Made by a program: the position numbers and the translations under genes | Assembly: GCF_044704955.1 (NCBI RefSeq) | Contig: NC_091999.1 | Span: 50,344,001 to 50,408,000, forward strand | Reading direction: 5' to 3' | Origin: Pristiophorus japonicus | Taxonomy: Eukaryota | Length of the DNA stretch: 64,000 nucleotides | Notes under the pieces: model-generated | Database searches by the model: none | What the model was told of the DNA's origin: nothing | What the model saw: only the letters and a program-made list of their open reading frames with translations | In this document: positions 62,511-64,000 of the stretch, one piece after another | How positions within the stretch are numbered: the first letter of the stretch is position 1 | How the letters are laid out: the number at the start of each line of letters is the position of its first letter

Positions 62511-62779
62511 AAACCGTTCATGGGTACTCCGATCCTCGCCGGCCATCGATTCCCACCGGTCCTCCGATTCTCCATTCCCGCCGTCACCCAGCAATTGGTG
62601 CCACGTATTTTTACCGGGGTTTCACTCGTTTTCTTGCCAATCGCTGCCCGACTTGGATGGATTGGAGACACCCGGTGTTTGCGCCACACACACCTTGACA
62701 CCCATGCAGCAGAGCCTCGTCTCCAATCATCTTGCATCCCCTTGCCATTGGACCAAGACTTAGTCTGTCAGGTTCGGTG

Positions 62780-64000
62780 GTAGCTCGTGTGCAAGGGACA
62801 CACCTCAGTAATATAATTCATGCAGGGGTATCTTCTAACCTTTAAAATGAAGTTCAGGACCTGGAAACTTTAGGCCCCTCATGGACAATCCCAACATTAA
62901 CAGACCAGAACGTCATACTGCTGCCATTGTCCGGGAACTGAGATGCTTCGACATCGACAACACTGCCCTGAGTGATACAAAGTGGGCAGGACAAGGTCAG
63001 CTCAAGGAACTAGATGGTTGATACACATTCTCAAACGGCACACCAGAAGAATAACACCGTCTCAATGGGGCATACGCACCAACCCTGGAAACTACGGACA
63101 CGGACAAAGAGGAATTCTACTCCAGCCTGGAACAATCCCTGTCCCGACTCCCAATAGGCAACACGCTGATTATTCTTGATGACTTTAACGGCAGAGTTGC
63201 AAAGGACACAGACCTCATGAGAGGGGTGATTGCCAGGGAAGGATTAGGGAAAACTAACTCCAATGGGATCCTCCTCCTGAGGAATTGCTTATAACATGGT
63301 CTTGTCATATCCAACACCTTGATTCGTCAGAATGACTACTACAAGGCCACATCGCAACACCCTCGTTCCAGGCACTGGCATCCGATTGAGGGACCACAAG
63401 GATGTCCGCATCACTCATGACATGACAGGAGCTGCTGACTGCTGCATTGACCACCGCCTAATCCGTTCTATTATCTCCATCAATATAGCCTCAAAACAGC
63501 AGGGGCAACATAAATCCTGCCGTAAAAAATCAACATTGAAGGTCTCAAAGACCCTGCAAAGAAAGTCCTAATCAGCCAACTGCTCACAGCCTACCTAACG
63601 ACTTCCAATCAACCAAAGCCGCAGAGTGTCCATAGTGCCTGTTCTGCCCTAAATCCACTAAAATTAGCATCTGCGAATAAACACTTGGCTACAATACCAG
63701 AAAATTTCAAAACTGGTTCGATGCGAATGACCAAGAGATCCAGGAGCTAATAAACCGCAAACGCAAATCATTTCTGAATTGGAAACAACACCACAACTCG
63801 AGTGAAAGCAAGCAGTTCTAGAGACAACTAAAGGCTGATGTACAACAAAAAACTGGTGACATAAGAACAGATGGTGGGTGGAAAACGCGCAGGAGATCCA
63901 GCAATTAGCTGACAATCATGACGTGCGTGGATTTTTTTTAGCACAATCAAGATCACCTAATGGCCAAGCACACTGTCCGATTCTGCAGAGAACCGAGAAT
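62780..64000 (+). mobile_element. RTE-clade LINE, 5' ORF region (APE endonuclease), decayed; runs off the window
   Basis: MKFRTW...MDNPNINRPERHTA.IVREL.CFDID..ALSDT, AYAPTL...KEEFYSSLE, LIILDDFNGRV, HPRSRHWH, DHRLIRS. Confidence 0.88.

Overview
This is vertebrate genomic DNA, almost certainly from a cartilaginous fish (shark). The evidence is shark-type IgM constant exons, Deu-SINE (SacSINE1-like) copies, dense CR1 LINEs with (TTCTATGT)n tails, and two members of the GPR139/GPR142-like orphan GPCR family. Layout: (1) 3' end of a GPR139-like gene (1-311, +). (2) A decayed endogenous retrovirus (3032-6962, +) with an LTR, a tRNA-Ser primer-binding site, gag/RT remnants and an env remnant with a furin site and F-protein-like fusion region. 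(3) A decaying tandem tRNA array (about 10250-28825) built from a 2.4-3.4 kb unit on the minus strand: tRNA-Leu(TAA) + Deu-SINE + tRNA-Ser(AGA) + tRNA-Asp + GA-rich spacer. It holds 6 Leu, 4 Ser and 5 Asp copies; one Leu copy is nearly intact. (4) A 5'-truncated IgM heavy-chain locus (30063-37433, +): open Cmu2, broken Cmu3 and Cmu4/secretory tail, open TM1/TM2, and no V, D, J or Cmu1 in the window. (5) A two-exon GPR139-like pseudogene (44499-47379, -). (6) CR1/RTE LINE debris, minisatellites and three assembly gaps. Most ORFs in the supplied track are LINE fragments, their antisense shadows, or microsatellite artefacts. Family assignments come from recalled motifs; no database search was run.
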